A stretch of DNA of 63,988 bases, filler included, from Octopus bimaculoides (taxonomy: Eukaryota): the NCBI RefSeq assembly GCF_001194135.2. It is 9 parts of 8 records of this genome, joined end to end, with 100 filler letters (N's around TTAATTAATTAA, not from the genome) between each part and the next. Parts side by side here need not be neighbours in the genome. Positions count along the whole stretch, not along the records: positions 1 to 18,047 come from NC_068989.1; positions 18,148 to 30,967 come from NC_068983.1; 7 more parts are not named here. One strand, given 5' to 3'. Positions 14,095 through 27,195 of this stretch are shown here, in pieces (position 1 is the stretch's first letter; each line of letters begins with the position of its first letter). A program made the position numbers and the translations under genes. The notes beneath the pieces were generated by a model, which saw only the letters and a program-made list of their open reading frames with translations, was not told where the DNA came from and ran no database searches.

Positions 14095-15741
14095 GTAAGA
14101 AGACAGAAGTGGATTAAAAGATTCCAGGTAACTATTAATGAAGCACTCACTTTTAAACGAATTCGGTTAAATATATCCAATAAACAGACGCCAATACGCA
14201 TCCATAGTAATTCATCTCGTATGACAAGTAGATCCAAATAGCTCGAGAAATTAAGAGTATTAGACAACAAAAATGCATATATATAGAACATCGCATCTTT
14301 AATTGTAGGATTAACCATACAAAGCTAACAATTGTTTCTGTTGTGTTAACGTTTTGTGAACATGCATTTTCCAATGCACTAATTTCTATGATATTTTCTA
14401 TACCTAAAAATGTTGATGCAACATAAACAATTGTCAGCTTTGAATGGTAAATAATACAATTAAAAACGTGATTTCTCTAGCCATATTCTTGTTATATATA
14501 AACATATATATACGTATGTGTGTGTGTGCGGACGCGTGTGTGTGAAAGCGCGTACTGTAATGCATAGTGCTCTCTGCACATAATTGTAAGATCGTGAGTT
14601 CGATTCCTGATTGTGTTTTGTGTTCTTTATGAAGACACTTTACTTGCTTCATGTTCCTCCAATTCACTCAGTTGGAAAATGAGTTAAACCTTTACTTCAA
14701 AGGCCCAGCCTTGTCACATGCTGGGAAACGCTGAGAAATATGTTAAGGGTATGCATGTTTGTGGAAGAATCCGACATTGCACGTTAATATCACGAGCAGG
14801 CTGTTCCGTAGATCAGATGAGCTTGAACACACGTTGTTGTAACCGACGTTGTAACAATTAGGTTATATATATATATGTTAGGGATGAAACCTCTCTCTGC
14901 GTACACACTCAATATTTTACACCCCAAAACTTCAAAAAAGTGCCGCCATCTACAACGGTAATCACGCCAGGATAGCCCCTTTCCTGAACGTGAAACCTGA
15001 ACACGAATAGCACATAATCTCCACACATAGAAGAAAAATTCACCAAATACAAGAACACGACACTCAGAAGAAAAACAAAATATTTCAAAGAAATTCGTCA
15101 CACAATAATTTCCCCGACAGATACATACAAGGGAAAAAACATTCAAAAGATGTCATTCAAGAATAACGTCCCTTGTTTCATAGATTTATTTACGAGAACT
15201 AACGATAATCTCCGCGAACTAAACGAGACAGTGTTTTCCAAAATGAAGGTGAAGAACATTTTCCATGTGATTGGCTTGAAATATTGTTTAGGCACCATAA
15301 TAATATCCTATTTTTCTCAAAATGAAACCAATAGTAACCTTGATTCGCAAATATTGAAATTATATCCACCAATGAGGTATGAGCACTCATTCTCTTCGGT
15401 CGAAATTTACGTATATTTGTGTGTCTCTGTTTACGTGTGTATGTGTTTGTGCTTGTATGAATGTATGTGTGTGGGGGTTTATCTATATCTTCCAAGACGT
15501 GCAGCACTTGACGTTCGTGTCTACTAGTTAGTAATAACATAATAAATTACGGCAGTAGATGTTTTAAACGAAATTACCATATCGTTCCAAACAATGCTCT
15601 GAGAGATAAACCATCCAACACACACAGACACACAGACACACACGCAGACACACTCACAGATACAAACTCACACAGACACACATATATACACACACTCACG
15701 AATACACGGACACAGGGACGCGTAAATACCCNNNNNNNNNN

Positions 15742-15806
<65 letters not shown>

Positions 15807-16275
15807 GAGCTAGAAAGAGAGAGAGAGAAAGAGAGAGAGAGACGAAGAGAGAGAATAATAAGATACGGTTAAAAATCTCATAGAATGCTATGCAAAGCTT
15901 GTCCACTGTTATTGGCTACCTGATGTCATTATACAGCAGAAATAATGCTGCCACTGAATATATATCACGAATTTTACAATATCCCTATGTGTAAATCACA
16001 GAAAATGGAATGAACGACATTCCTTATTTAAAATCGCTACAAATTTTTCGACACAATTTTATCTCTGTAGTAGATTGTTGAGATTTTGTGTAACCATTAT
16101 CGTCCATCTAAGGTTTAAAATACGCCTTCTCAGGTGATTAGTTATAAGCCCTTCGTTAAATCCTACCATCACTTCCCTGTGAGATAGCAGAGATTTATTT
16201 TTAAAGCAGTTTATAGAGAAAGATAAACCCATAGTGAGAGACAAAATACTCTTATAATCAAAATACAAAACATAA

Positions 16276-16326
<51 letters not shown>

Positions 16327-17866
16327 AATTCTACCTATTTTATCACATTATAATGAAGAAAGTGCTGAACAAAATGAAAAGTAAAACTATGCATTTAAAG
16401 ATAAAATGATAAAGTGATAAAGACCGACCAATTGAGTACTTATCAACTGTTTCTGAGTTTCTGTGTTACCCTTTGTCGTTGTAAACAATATCCCCAATCG
16501 AGTATCCCGATTTCAGCAAGTGAAATGTTATTTAACTCGCATGCACATCATTACAATTTAGCATTAGTTAGGGCCGGATATACTGAGAAAGCAAGATACA
16601 TATCTTATGAATGTATACAGCAACAATAATAACAGCTCTAATCCATACTTTAGTGGAAGAAATGATAAACACGAAATAGATGCAGGTAGTTATCTCAACA
16701 CAAGAAAGAGAGAAAATGGCACAATAAATAAAACTAAAGCTTAAAAGAGGGCTAAACTAAAAATCCATTCTAAGTATTACTGGAAATCCTTAGATACTGC
16801 CCCACCATAGATTATGCTAGTTATAATAGACCAAATAACATGTATAAAAATACAATATTTGGTTATGTAATCCGATTTTATTGTTACACGTATCATCCAA
16901 GTCTGCATTCGATAGGCACGCTTCTAAATCTAATACCACATGATTTTAACAGATATACAATGAAATTATCATTCGTAACATTCATAACTTGGAAATCTTG
17001 GAAGACAACATCCATGAACTCAATCATAGGAAGATAAACCGGAGATCACTAACATCACTGGTGGGGGTTGAAATAGAAACAATCCTTTAATCCTTCAAAT
17101 AAGGATTGCAATGATAAATAAGTAATCAACTCCGTTCAAATAATTCTGACAAAGATAATAATATAGACGATGGGAAGGATAATATGAGTAATGATTAAAA
17201 TGCTGAAAATAACAATAATTTTATCACTGGAAACAACCACAATGATAGCAATGAACGATATACCAAAATCACTATTAAGAACCATAGAAACAATAAAGCC
17301 GTAATTGGAAATAGAAGGAAGGCTGATTGCGACCGAATGAAAGTTAGTCTGCAAAAAGAATTGTAGTTGTAAAGGAGGATATCGTACCCTCTGGAATATG
17401 AATGCCGTCGTAAGAACGTAATATAGAAATGTACCGTCATAATCCTAGCAAATGCATTAGTATTATGGGTAGAACTGCCGATGGGTTCCAACGTCGGTAT
17501 TGGAAACACATTTCAAATCATTAACAAGAAGCATTATACATCACCAGCTGCCCTGGTCTCGAAACTTAAGAAGGAAAAGTTCAAGGCAACATCACTTGGA
17601 CGATAATAAAATGTGCATATTCGTATAATACCTTCTCAAGTTCTTTCAATCTCTGATTTGAGGATGCGCTAAACTTTATAAACTTGAGAATAAACTTGAG
17701 AATAGGTTCGACAAACTAAAGTGTTCATTTTCGCAGTTTTGTAAAATCAATTAATGTTCGAAACTCTATTGATCAAATCTGCATTAACATGTCCCTGTCA
17801 TATTGCACGTATTTATTTCAGGTCTTTAGACATTGTTAAATGTATGTCGGAATATATATATGTATG

Positions 17867-17897
<31 letters not shown>

Positions 17898-18047
17898 GAA
17901 CACGAACACACACACATATCTGGAGAGACACTGCAATAAGAGTGTGAATCACATGCTCCTCGCATGTTGAACAAAATCACAATTTACTGATCTTCCTGTA
18001 TTTGCTTTTTGCAAAGCCAGGAAATTTTAAAAAACCACTTGTGTATA

Positions 18048-18147
18048 NNNNNNNNNNNNNNNNNNNNNNNNNNNNNNNNNNNNNNNNNNNNTTAATTAAT
18101 TAANNNNNNNNNNNNNNNNNNNNNNNNNNNNNNNNNNNNNNNNNNNN
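18048..18147. other. Artificial scaffold spacer (44 N + TTAATTAATTAA + 44 N); the 12-mer also occurs at 31012, 36978, 48895, 52058, 60584, 61738 and 62928
   Basis: An identical palindromic 12-mer with TAA stops in all six frames, centred in identical 100-bp gaps eight times. Confidence 0.97.
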
Positions 18148-18475
18148 ATCCACGTGAAAAAACATTCGTGTGAGATCATTGCCAGTGCCGCTGAACTGGC
18201 TCCTGTGCAGATGGCACGTGAAAAACACCATTTCGAGCATGGCCGTTGCCAGTTCCGCCTGACTGGCCCTCGTGTCGGTGCCACGTAAAATCACCCACTA
18301 CACTCTCGGAGTGGTTGGCGTTAGGAAGGGCATCCAGCTGTAGAAACTCTGCCAGATCAGATTGGAGCCTGGTGCAGCCATCTGTTTCACCAGTCCTCAG
18401 TCAAATCGTCCAACCCATGCTAGCATGGAAGGCAAACGTTAAGCAATGATTATGATCATCATCATCATCATTGAG
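18148..18475 (+). mobile_element. SINE-like family D (internal tandem units, GAT tail); further copies at 39985-40350 (-), 61794-61965 (+), 62984-63200 (+)
   Basis: Shared CTACACTCTCGGAGTGGTTGGCGTTAGGAAGGGCATCCAGCTGTAGAAACTCTGCC...CCCATGCTAGCATGGAA..CGTTAA.CGATGAT. The last two copies differ at only ~4 of ~165 nt. Confidence 0.8.
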
Positions 18476-18814
18476 TGAGAGAGCAGTGTACACCATCACA
18501 GTGACACTGGGGTTAAAATATACAAAGCCCAGTATACCCATCATGTCTACCCATCTGATAAAGGTACACCAGGCACATACATCACAACATGCACAACATG
18601 GTGATTTCATATCAAGATAAACAGCGCATTGACCTTGCATATGGGGTCTCATTAGAATTCCCTTCAGTTCGACTTACCCATCCCACTCAAAAGGTCCCTG
18701 AATAAGGGTTGTTAAAGGATGTTGAATGAAACACCCACGTTTCCAAAAGTGAATTATCCAAACCCCAAAGATTTCCTCTCAACACATGGCTATGATGCTC
18801 CCCCACTACTTCTG

Positions 18815-18966
18815 TCTTTATCTTCTGAGTTCAAATTCTGCTGAGGTCGACTTTGCCGTTCATTCTTTTGGGGTCAATAAATTAAGTACCACTGAAATAC
18901 TGGTGTCAGTGTAAACAACTTGTCCCCTCCCCAAAAATTTCAGGCTTTGCGCTTATAGTAGAAAAG
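18815..18966 (+). mobile_element. SINE-like family A; further copies at 20400-20480, 47895-48042, 50390-50661+51221-51360, 55915-56095 (+) and 29975-30190, 43015-43420, 53135-53575 (-)
   Basis: Recurrent GAGTTCAAATTC.GC.GAGGTCGACTTTGCCTTTCATC...GGGGTCGAT...AGTACCAGT...GGGGTCGAT.TAAT...GTAGAAAAGA + ATT tail; B-box-like GAGTTCAAAT. Confidence 0.8.
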
Positions 18967-19025
<59 letters not shown>

Positions 19026-19471
19026 NNNNNNNNNNNNNNNNNNNNNNNNNNNNNNNNNNNNNNNNNNNNNNNNNNNNNNNNNNNNNNNNNNNNNNNNNNN
19101 NNNNNNNNNNNNNNNNNNNNNNNNNNNNNNNNNNNNNNNNNNNNNNNNNNNNNNNNNNNNNNNNNNNNNNNNNNNNNNNNNNNNNNNNNNNNNNNNNNNN
19201 NNNNNNNNNNNNNNNNNNNNNNNNNNNNNNNNNNNNNNNNNNNNNNNNNNNNNNNNNNNNNNNNNNNNNNNNNNNNNNNNNNNNNNNNNNNNNNNNNNNN
19301 NNNNNNNNNNNNNNNNNNNNNNNNNNNNNNNNNNNNNNNNNNNNNNNNNNNNNNNNNNNNNNNNNNNNNNNNNNNNNNNNNNNNNNNNNNNNNNNNNNNN
19401 NNNNNNNNNNNNNNNNNNNNNNNNNNNNNNNNNNNNNNNNNNNNNNNNNNNNNNNNNNNNNNNNNNNNNNN

Positions 19472-20400
19472 TTCTTCTTCTTCTTCTCTTTCTTGTTGTT
19501 GTTGTTGTTGTTGTTCTTCTTCTTCTGCTTCTTCTCCTTCACCTTTCTTCTTTTTTTCCTTCTTCTTTTTTCTTCTTCTTCTCCTTCTCCTTTCTTCTTC
19601 TTTTCCTTCTTCTTTTTCTTCTTCTTCTCCTTCTCCTTTCTTCTTCTTTTCCTTCTTCTTTTTCTTCTTCTTCTCCTTCTCCTTTCTTGTTCTTTTCCTT
19701 CTTCTTTTTCTTCTTCTTCTTCTGTCTGTTGCTGTTGTTGTTGTTGTTGTTCTCCTTCTTCTTCTTCTTCTTCTTCTTCTTCTTCTTCTCCTTCTCCTTC
19801 TTTTTCTTCTTCTCCTTCTGCTTGTTGTTGTTGTTGTTGTTCTTCTTCTTCTTCTTCTTCTTCTTCTTCTTCTTCTTCTTTTTCTTCTTCTTCTTCTCCT
19901 GCTTCTCCTTTTTCTTTTTCTTCTTCTTCTTCTTCTGTTTGTTGTTGTTGGTGTTGTTGTTTTCTTCTTCTTCTTCTTCTTCTTCTCATTCTCCTTCTTC
20001 TCCTTCTCCTTCTTCTTTTTCTTCTTCTCCTTCTCCTTCTTCTTTTTCTTCTTCTCCTTCTGCTTGTTGTTGTTGTTGTTGTTGTTCTTCTTCTTCTTCT
20101 TCTTATTATTATTATTATTATTTTTCCTTCTTCTACTNNNNNNNNNNTACCCTCCTTCTTCTTCCCCTTCTTTTTCTTCCCTTTTATCTTCCCCTCCTTT
20201 TTTCCTTTCTTTTTCTTTCCTTTTATCTTCACCTTCTTTTTTCTTCTTTTTTCTTGTCTTCTTTTTCTTCTCCTTTTTCTTATTCTTTACCTTTTCTTCC
20301 CCTTCTTCCCTTCGTCTTTTTCTTTTCTTCTTTATCATCGTCTTCTTCTTCCCCTTTTTCTTTTTCTTCTTCATCTTCTTCATCTTCCTCTTTTTCTTCT
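19472..20400. repeat. Compound (CTT)n/(GTT)n/(CTC)n low-complexity array
   Basis: Direct reading; it explains the poly-K/R/E/F/S ORFs in all frames. Confidence 0.95.
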
Positions 20401-20696
20401 GCGTACTGGGGTCGATCTAATTGACTGCACCCGCCCCCCACAAAGAATTCCGGGCCTTGTGCCTAGAGTAGAAAAGAATATTGTGTGATTGTTGTTAAAG
20501 AACATCGCCACCGGAGCCGTGTCCTTCATTTCAATCTTTTGCGAAAATATGTCCAGCCGTAGGAAGGTATTGCTCTCCTTCATAAAACATGAGGGTTAAT
20601 GACTTGAAGGGCATCCAATCATAGATAATCTGTGGCAACGAATTTCATTATATTCGTACAAGCATGGAAAGGGGGTCATTAAAACAACGATGGCAG

Positions 20697-21155
20697 GATG
20701 ATGAGGATGATGATGACTACAATGACGATGACGACGACGATGATGATGACGATGATGATGACGATGATGATGATGGCGATGATGACCACAATGACGATGA
20801 TGATGATGATGATGACGATGATGACCACAATGACGATGATGATGATGATGACGATGACGATGATGGCCACAATGACGATGACGACGATGACGATGATGAC
20901 GACCACAACGACGAGGACAATGATGATGACGACCACAATGACGATGATGATGATGACCACAATGACGACGACGACGACGATGATGATGACCACAACAACG
21001 ATGATGATGGTGATGATTACGACGATGGCCACAACGGCAATGATGATGACGACCACGACAAGGGCGATGACGATGTTGATGTTGATGATGACATCGGCAG
21101 CGATAATGATAATGATGATGGTGGTGATGGTTATAATGGTGACAATGATGATGAC
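20697..21155 (+). repeat. (GAT/GAC)n array with recurring CACAAT/CACAAC punctuation
   Basis: Direct reading; about 9 units of CAC AA(T/C) followed by (GAY)n. Confidence 0.95.
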
Positions 21156-21461
21156 ATATCCATAAGTATTGATCAAATTAATAACTACTTATTTGCCGAG
21201 TTGCTAATCAGTTTACTAGAAAAAATATTAAATATTATCACATAAATAATTATAATTCATAATTATTTGCAGTTGTTTCTTTGAAGACTCATCATATTTT
21301 GACATATTTTGGTTTTAATTTAAATGTTTTACTGATAGGTTTTACACCAATTTCTCTTCTTTCAATCAATTTGTTTTGCTACAAATATATTTTTGCAATG
21401 AATGTGTATTTTGATGAGTATATAGCTGTTGAATCTTCCCGTATATACATATAATACACGG

Positions 21462-21870
21462 CACTGGATTAACCATTAAGCAGAATAAGCGCGTGCTTAG
21501 GGTATCAAGAGAAGGAGGGGGAACCACAGAAATGGTAAATGGTTTATGGCACCAAAAAAAAACAACACTTTAAACTTGCTAAAATAATATTCGGGATGCC
21601 TTATCTCTACTAAGTGTAAAAGCAGATGTGTTACGTAAGGTTGATTTCGAGGATCTGATCAAAGATGTTGCAATTTAAAAAGAGAAGAAAACTTTTCCAA
21701 TATAAATAACGTCGAAGTATACAAAAATAAACATTATGTTCCATCTCACAGTTAGTTTTCTTTCATTTGAGGAATAAAAATTTATTTTATGGTTTATTAT
21801 TGTTTATATTCTGAATTACATATATACAGGATCACCAAAATCGTTTAGTGCTTCCATAGGTCTTAATCCT
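21462..21870 (+). mobile_element. hAT-derived non-autonomous remnant
   Basis: DALSLLSVKADVLRKVDFEDLIKDVAI at ~21596-21680 resembles the end of the hAT dimerisation domain. Partial inverted ends GGATTAA / TTAATCC. Confidence 0.5.
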
Positions 21871-24146
21871 GTATTATTATTCCATGTAGGAAAACGAAGA
21901 AAGAATTTAGCACTACTTTAGTATTTAGTAACAATTGCTTCTGTTCCACTTTATTTCTAACGCCATTGCTTGTCATTGTGAAGTGTTACACAATATTTGT
22001 TGTTGATTATTCTGGAACTTGAAATTGGGTGAAATCCCAAACAAACTTCCTTGGTCTGTGATGAAACTTGCTTTCCCTTATATGGTTGGTGGAGGTGAAG
22101 GCAACCTGTGCTAATTGGAGGCATTTAAAATCATAAATACCAAGGATAATCTGGTAAACAAACGTAACAAGCTTTGGTTAAGATGCTTATATAACTACAA
22201 TAGGACTTTTCGAAAACTTTCATTAGCTTAGGGATTTTCCTCTTTTTCTCATGTTCTACCTTAAATTCGTTTAATGTAAAATTTAATATCTTAAACTTTG
22301 AACATCAATCCTTTACATCTTGATTACTCCATATAAATCCACTATTCGGTTGATTTAGACAGTATTAACCAGGACCTACCACTTCTAACATACACTTATG
22401 GACTAAAATTATACTCAACCGGTTCCAACGTCCATCTATTCATTTGATCATTCACATCATATAGGATCTGCTATCCCCACCCCTACATTCGAATATTATT
22501 TTAATCCCATACATAAGTACTTCTGATATATTTTATATTTTTCTATTATTTTTCTGGTATTTTTATATTATATTTTCCTAAAATTTATAACATTGTGAAT
22601 ATTTTGATATTCCCATTAATTTTAATATTTGTGCATATTTTTATATTCGCGTTATATTGTCATACTTTAATATTACTGCTTATTTATTTAAATACAGACA
22701 TTTGATAATTCAATTCTTTATCTTGTTTGGAACACTTAAGTTTTCTGACGTACTTTAACTGAATAGGCACTAAAATAACATCTGACTTTTTATAACAGTA
22801 GAACTATAATATCTTGTAATGCAATAACAGATAGTGCTCAGAAGGCTTAATAGAGCATAATAATTTATGATAAGAGGAAATGATGATAGCATTAAATCAA
22901 GGTTTGCTTGACAACATTCAGAGGTATGGTATAACAGTGTCCCACGTGAACAAAAGTTTGAGCTACTCGTTATAGGATCACAAATCCAGAAGAAGGTGTA
23001 TGCAGCATAAATAACATGTAACACTGTTACTGTATATTGTAAAATGTAAACAGGATAAATGTTTGAACAGTCTATAAATAGTTATTTAGTTGTAGAGTAT
23101 TCCTTCCTTCAATATTGTCCACACGGTGGAGTTGAGCCCTGACAGCGACATGACAAATTACATCTGACTTTCTTGGAGGCTTGCCTGGGACTGATTAAAA
23201 TTTTCTCACAACTTTGTAATAGGTGACAGTGTGTCTCTGGTTGGCTACGCTAACCAAATCATGCATGGATGGATAACAGTTCTGCCAAAAGGAAATTGTG
23301 CTCTTACATATTTTTATGTGTTCGTTTCATTTCTAAGTCTATATATGCTTTTAATCCCGAGATGTTACATTTACGTAGGATAAATCCACCTTTTCACTTC
23401 GTCATCTACAAACACCTCAATTGTCATTCATAATCTGATAAGAACGAAATTATTCGTATTAAAACAGCATACAGTACTTTTGCTGATGAGCATAAAGCTA
23501 AAATTAAAGAAGATGCTTGTATAAGATACTAAACTTAAAGAAATAATGTTCCACAAAGTAGTGTTGAATAAAATATATTTGTGTAAAATTGTACTTAGCA
23601 TGTTTGAACACATTATGATGTGAGAAGTCCATCTGCAATAGAGATTGTCCTAAGAGGATATATATTCCTCCTATACACATGTGAAAACACAGTTTAAGCT
23701 GTGAATGACATCATTGGATCATCGGTCACATACATTTCTGTGTTTTATTTCTTTTCATCAGCTACAAAACAGCAAATCTATCATTCACAAAAGATGCAGG
23801 CATCCTACGATGCAATGACACCATCCACGTCTCCAAATGTGTTTTCACACATGTCTAGGAAGAACATTTGTTTTCTTAGGACTGTCTCCGTAGCAGAAGA
23901 TCTTTAGATCTTTTCATGCTTGAATGTAATCTAGCCTATTAAATATGACTTTAATGAATCTGTTTTATTCAAAGTTGCCTTATTTGACCCCATAAATATA
24001 TGCGTGTGCATGTCTGGGAGCGGTGCGCACATATGTGTGTCCAAATAAAATTAGTAAATACATAAATATTAAATTTATTCTTTCCTCTACATTGTATGAT
24101 GCACCTACAACGCTCTTCATATATGTATCTATCTATCTATCCATCC

Positions 24147-24196
<50 letters not shown>

Positions 24197-24877
24197 TATA
24201 TACTCACTGAAGCATTGAAATATACCAATGTAAACTACTACAATACTCGTCAATTTAGAGTACTCCAGGTTCTTATGGCAGTTGTTCGTGAAATGGTTGT
24301 GCAGCAAAACCAATAATTTGTACTTGACTAATAAGGATTGTCGCTGGTATTGTTCAGCTCAAAATCAGGTTTGATGTAGCAAACCTAGAAACAAAGACAC
24401 TCCAACATTGACCACCCTATCTTTTATTGAACTATATGGAATGACTTCTTAACGAGTGAACTAGACTGCTTTTCGGGTATTATCATCTTTAGAAGAAGGA
24501 ATACCGCAATGAACGTCACGTATTAATGTCCGAATTCTACTGTAGCATGAGGAACCTCAGGGTAGAGACTCCTCCCCATGCAGTCCAGGAGCCAACCATT
24601 TATATCCTCTCACAGTTCCTGTCATGTGCTGTTAATAATATCAGGCAAGGGAGATAAATCCCTAACTACAAGACCTGTAGTGCATCGCAGAATATCACTC
24701 TTCATTGTAAAGACTTCTTGCAAGTTAAATGGTAACAGTGATAACATACAAGTTCTATCGTTGTCTAGACTAATAAGTGGTAAACACAGTAATAGTGTCC
24801 TTCCTGGACACACACATAAATGTATACACGTACATATATAAGTATGTATATTTATATGTATATATGTACATATGAAG

Positions 24878-25195
24878 GCACGTGGCTTACTGGTTAGGAC
24901 ATTCGACTCACGACCTTACAGTCGTGAGTTCGATTTCTGGTGCCGTGTCATGTCCTTGAGCAAGACACTTTTTTCCACATTGCTCCAGTCGACTCAGCTG
25001 CCAAAAATGAGTTGTACCTGAATTTCAAAGAGCCAGCCTTTTCTCACTCTATGTCATGCTGAATATCCCTAAGAACTACGTTAAGAGTACACGTATCTGT
25101 GGAGTGCTCAGCCACTTGCACGTTAATTTCACGAGCAGGCTGTTCCGTTGATCGGATCAACTGGGGCCCTCGTCGTCGTAACCGACGGAGTGCAT
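24878..25195 (+). mobile_element. tRNA-derived SINE-like family C; second copy at 14555-14855
   Basis: A box TGGCTTACTGG and B box GAGTTCGATT; shared GCACGTTAAT.TCACGAGCAGGCTGTTCCGT.GATC...GTAACCGAC. Confidence 0.75.
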
Positions 25196-25480
25196 GAATA
25201 TGTACATATATGTATGTGTGTGTATAAATATAATTTTTAAAATTATTTTACTTGTTTCAGTCATTTGACTCCAGTCATGCTGGAGCACTGCCTTTACCTG
25301 AACAAATCGACCCCAGGACTTATTCTTTGTAAGCCTAATACTTATTCTATTGGTCTATTTGGCCGAACCGCTAAGTTACGGGAATGTATACATACCAACA
25401 TTGGTTGTCAAGCGATGTTGGGGGGACAAGCACAGACACACAAGCATATAACATATATACATACATATGTATATATACTA

Positions 25481-25604
<124 letters not shown>

Positions 25605-25753
25605 TCTGTGTGTGTGTGTGCGTGCGTGTGTGTGTGTGCGTGCGTGTGTGTGTGTGTGTGTGTGTGTTACCTTTCGGTCATTTCAATATGTGACCGCGTG
25701 TGTATCGTTGGCGATTTTCTTTCTTCGTCTTCCCTTCTTTGGACTATTTCTAT

Positions 25754-25788
25754 ATTTCTGAGGAAGAGCTCCGCTCGAAACGTGAAAT
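25754..25788 (+). ncRNA. Minimal hammerhead-like motif in a Penelope-type repeat (G at position 17, probably inactive)
   Basis: AUUU-CUGAGGA-A-GAGC(UCC)GCUC-GAAA-CG-U-G-AAAU. Confidence 0.6.
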
Positions 25789-25986
25789 CCTCTTTCCTTT
25801 CTTTCCTTTCTTGAGCGTCCAATAACACAGTACTTATTCCACGTCCTCGCGTTGTTGTTTTTTCTTGCTTGTTCATGTTTGAATTGAGCATACATATAGG
25901 GAGAATTCATGAAAAAACAACAGACGAAGACAGGTGGGTAGACAACAAATGGATGTATTAGTATAACACTCGGGAATAGAGAAAGT

Positions 25987-26022
25987 CTTTAACATTTCGA
26001 GCCTACGCTCTTCAACAGAAAG
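25987..26022 (-). ncRNA. Variant minimal hammerhead-like motif (CUGUUGA core)
   Basis: CUUU-CUGUUGA-A-GAGC(GUAG)GCUC-GAAA-UG-U-U-AAAG on the minus strand. Confidence 0.5.
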
Positions 26023-26095
26023 GAACACAGAAAGAAACAAGGAGAATAACATGTGTGTAGTGGTCAGTGATCTNNNNNNNNNNNNNNNNNNNNNN

Positions 26096-26164
<69 letters not shown>

Positions 26165-26668
26165 ATACATATATATATAATATATTTATTTATCTATGTA
26201 TGTATTTATAGCCAACCAGACATACAGAACTAGTTGTCTGTGAAACTGTCAAATTATCTGGGACATTATAAATTTGATAATTGCAAAACAAAATTATTTC
26301 GTAAAATACAAGAGAAATAACATGAATATAAAGATTAGAAACCTTGGATGTACCTGGAATATTTGAAGATAGGTGGGTGGGAGGCACCCTCAAGGCAGTA
26401 AAATAGCAAAACACAGATGAATGGTTTCCACGTAGACAGTTTGTACGAACATTATTTATCCATAATATGATACACACAGCCACGAAAACACACACATATA
26501 CATGCTTACATGTTTATACATGTACTCACACACACACCATACATATCAAAATATATATACATATATACATACATGTATGTATATACATACATATANNNNN
26601 NNNNNNNNNNNNNNNNNNNNNNNNNNNNNNNNNNNNNNTACATGCACACATAAATATATACATATACG

Positions 26669-26724
<56 letters not shown>

Positions 26725-26879
26725 CATCAAACAAAGAAAGAGAAAATATAGACGCTCATAAAACAAGTGTTTAAAAAGAAAGATACAGACTTCACACAAT
26801 TTGATTATGTTGCAATCTCTTTGAAAATATTCTGGTAGAGAAATGTTTGTTCTGACGCTAATGATTAGAAGAGTGGACC

Positions 26880-27085
26880 ATCAGTATCACTGGCATCGTC
26901 ATCATCGTCATCGACCACCACTGCACATTATCATCATCATCATCGTCATCATCATTGTCGTCATGGTCATCGTGATCATCATCATTGTCATCATCGTTAT
27001 CATTTTCATCACCATTTTCATCGTCGTCATCACCTTCATCGTCATCATTGTCACTGTTGTCGTCATTGTCATTATTATCATCAAG
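26880..27085 (-). repeat. Degenerate (GAT/GAC)n array
   Basis: (CAT/CGT)n on the plus strand. Confidence 0.9.
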
Positions 27086-27195
27086 GTTTTTAGAATCCAC
27101 TTTTCCATCCTTGCATGTGTCAGAGAGAATTTACCGAAGCAGATTACCTACAGCTGGGATGCTCTTCCTGTCAACAACCCTCACTTGTTTCCATA

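Noticed and set aside
14153-14374. SRAIW...SVYWIYL as a Cys-loop M4 helix
   Set aside because: The SR-to-YW spacing is too long and it lies upstream of the M2-M3 exon. A donor-like gtgagt exists but there is no convincing acceptor.
17281-17620. GC-richer stretch resembling coding or RLE sequence
   Set aside because: There are stops in all frames and no recognisable motif.
18092-18103. Recurrent palindrome TTAATTAATTAA as a biological motif
   Set aside because: Always centred in identical 100-bp N gaps; it is an assembly spacer.
18355-18410. CUGAGGA...GAAA in SINE family D (minus strand)
   Set aside because: Only 5 unpairable nt lie between the motifs, so there is no stem II.
18940-20488. 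Long K/R/E/F/S-rich ORFs (245-453 aa)
   Set aside because: Translations of a trinucleotide array and N runs, open in many frames on both strands.
22900-23050. Possible piggyBac C-terminal remnant (SRRRCMQHK...VKCK)
   Set aside because: The similarity is too weak and interrupted, with no TTAA/TIR found.
24878-24960. Bona fide tRNA genes (also at 27196)
   Set aside because: A/B boxes are present but there is no complete cloverleaf, and they continue into SINE bodies.
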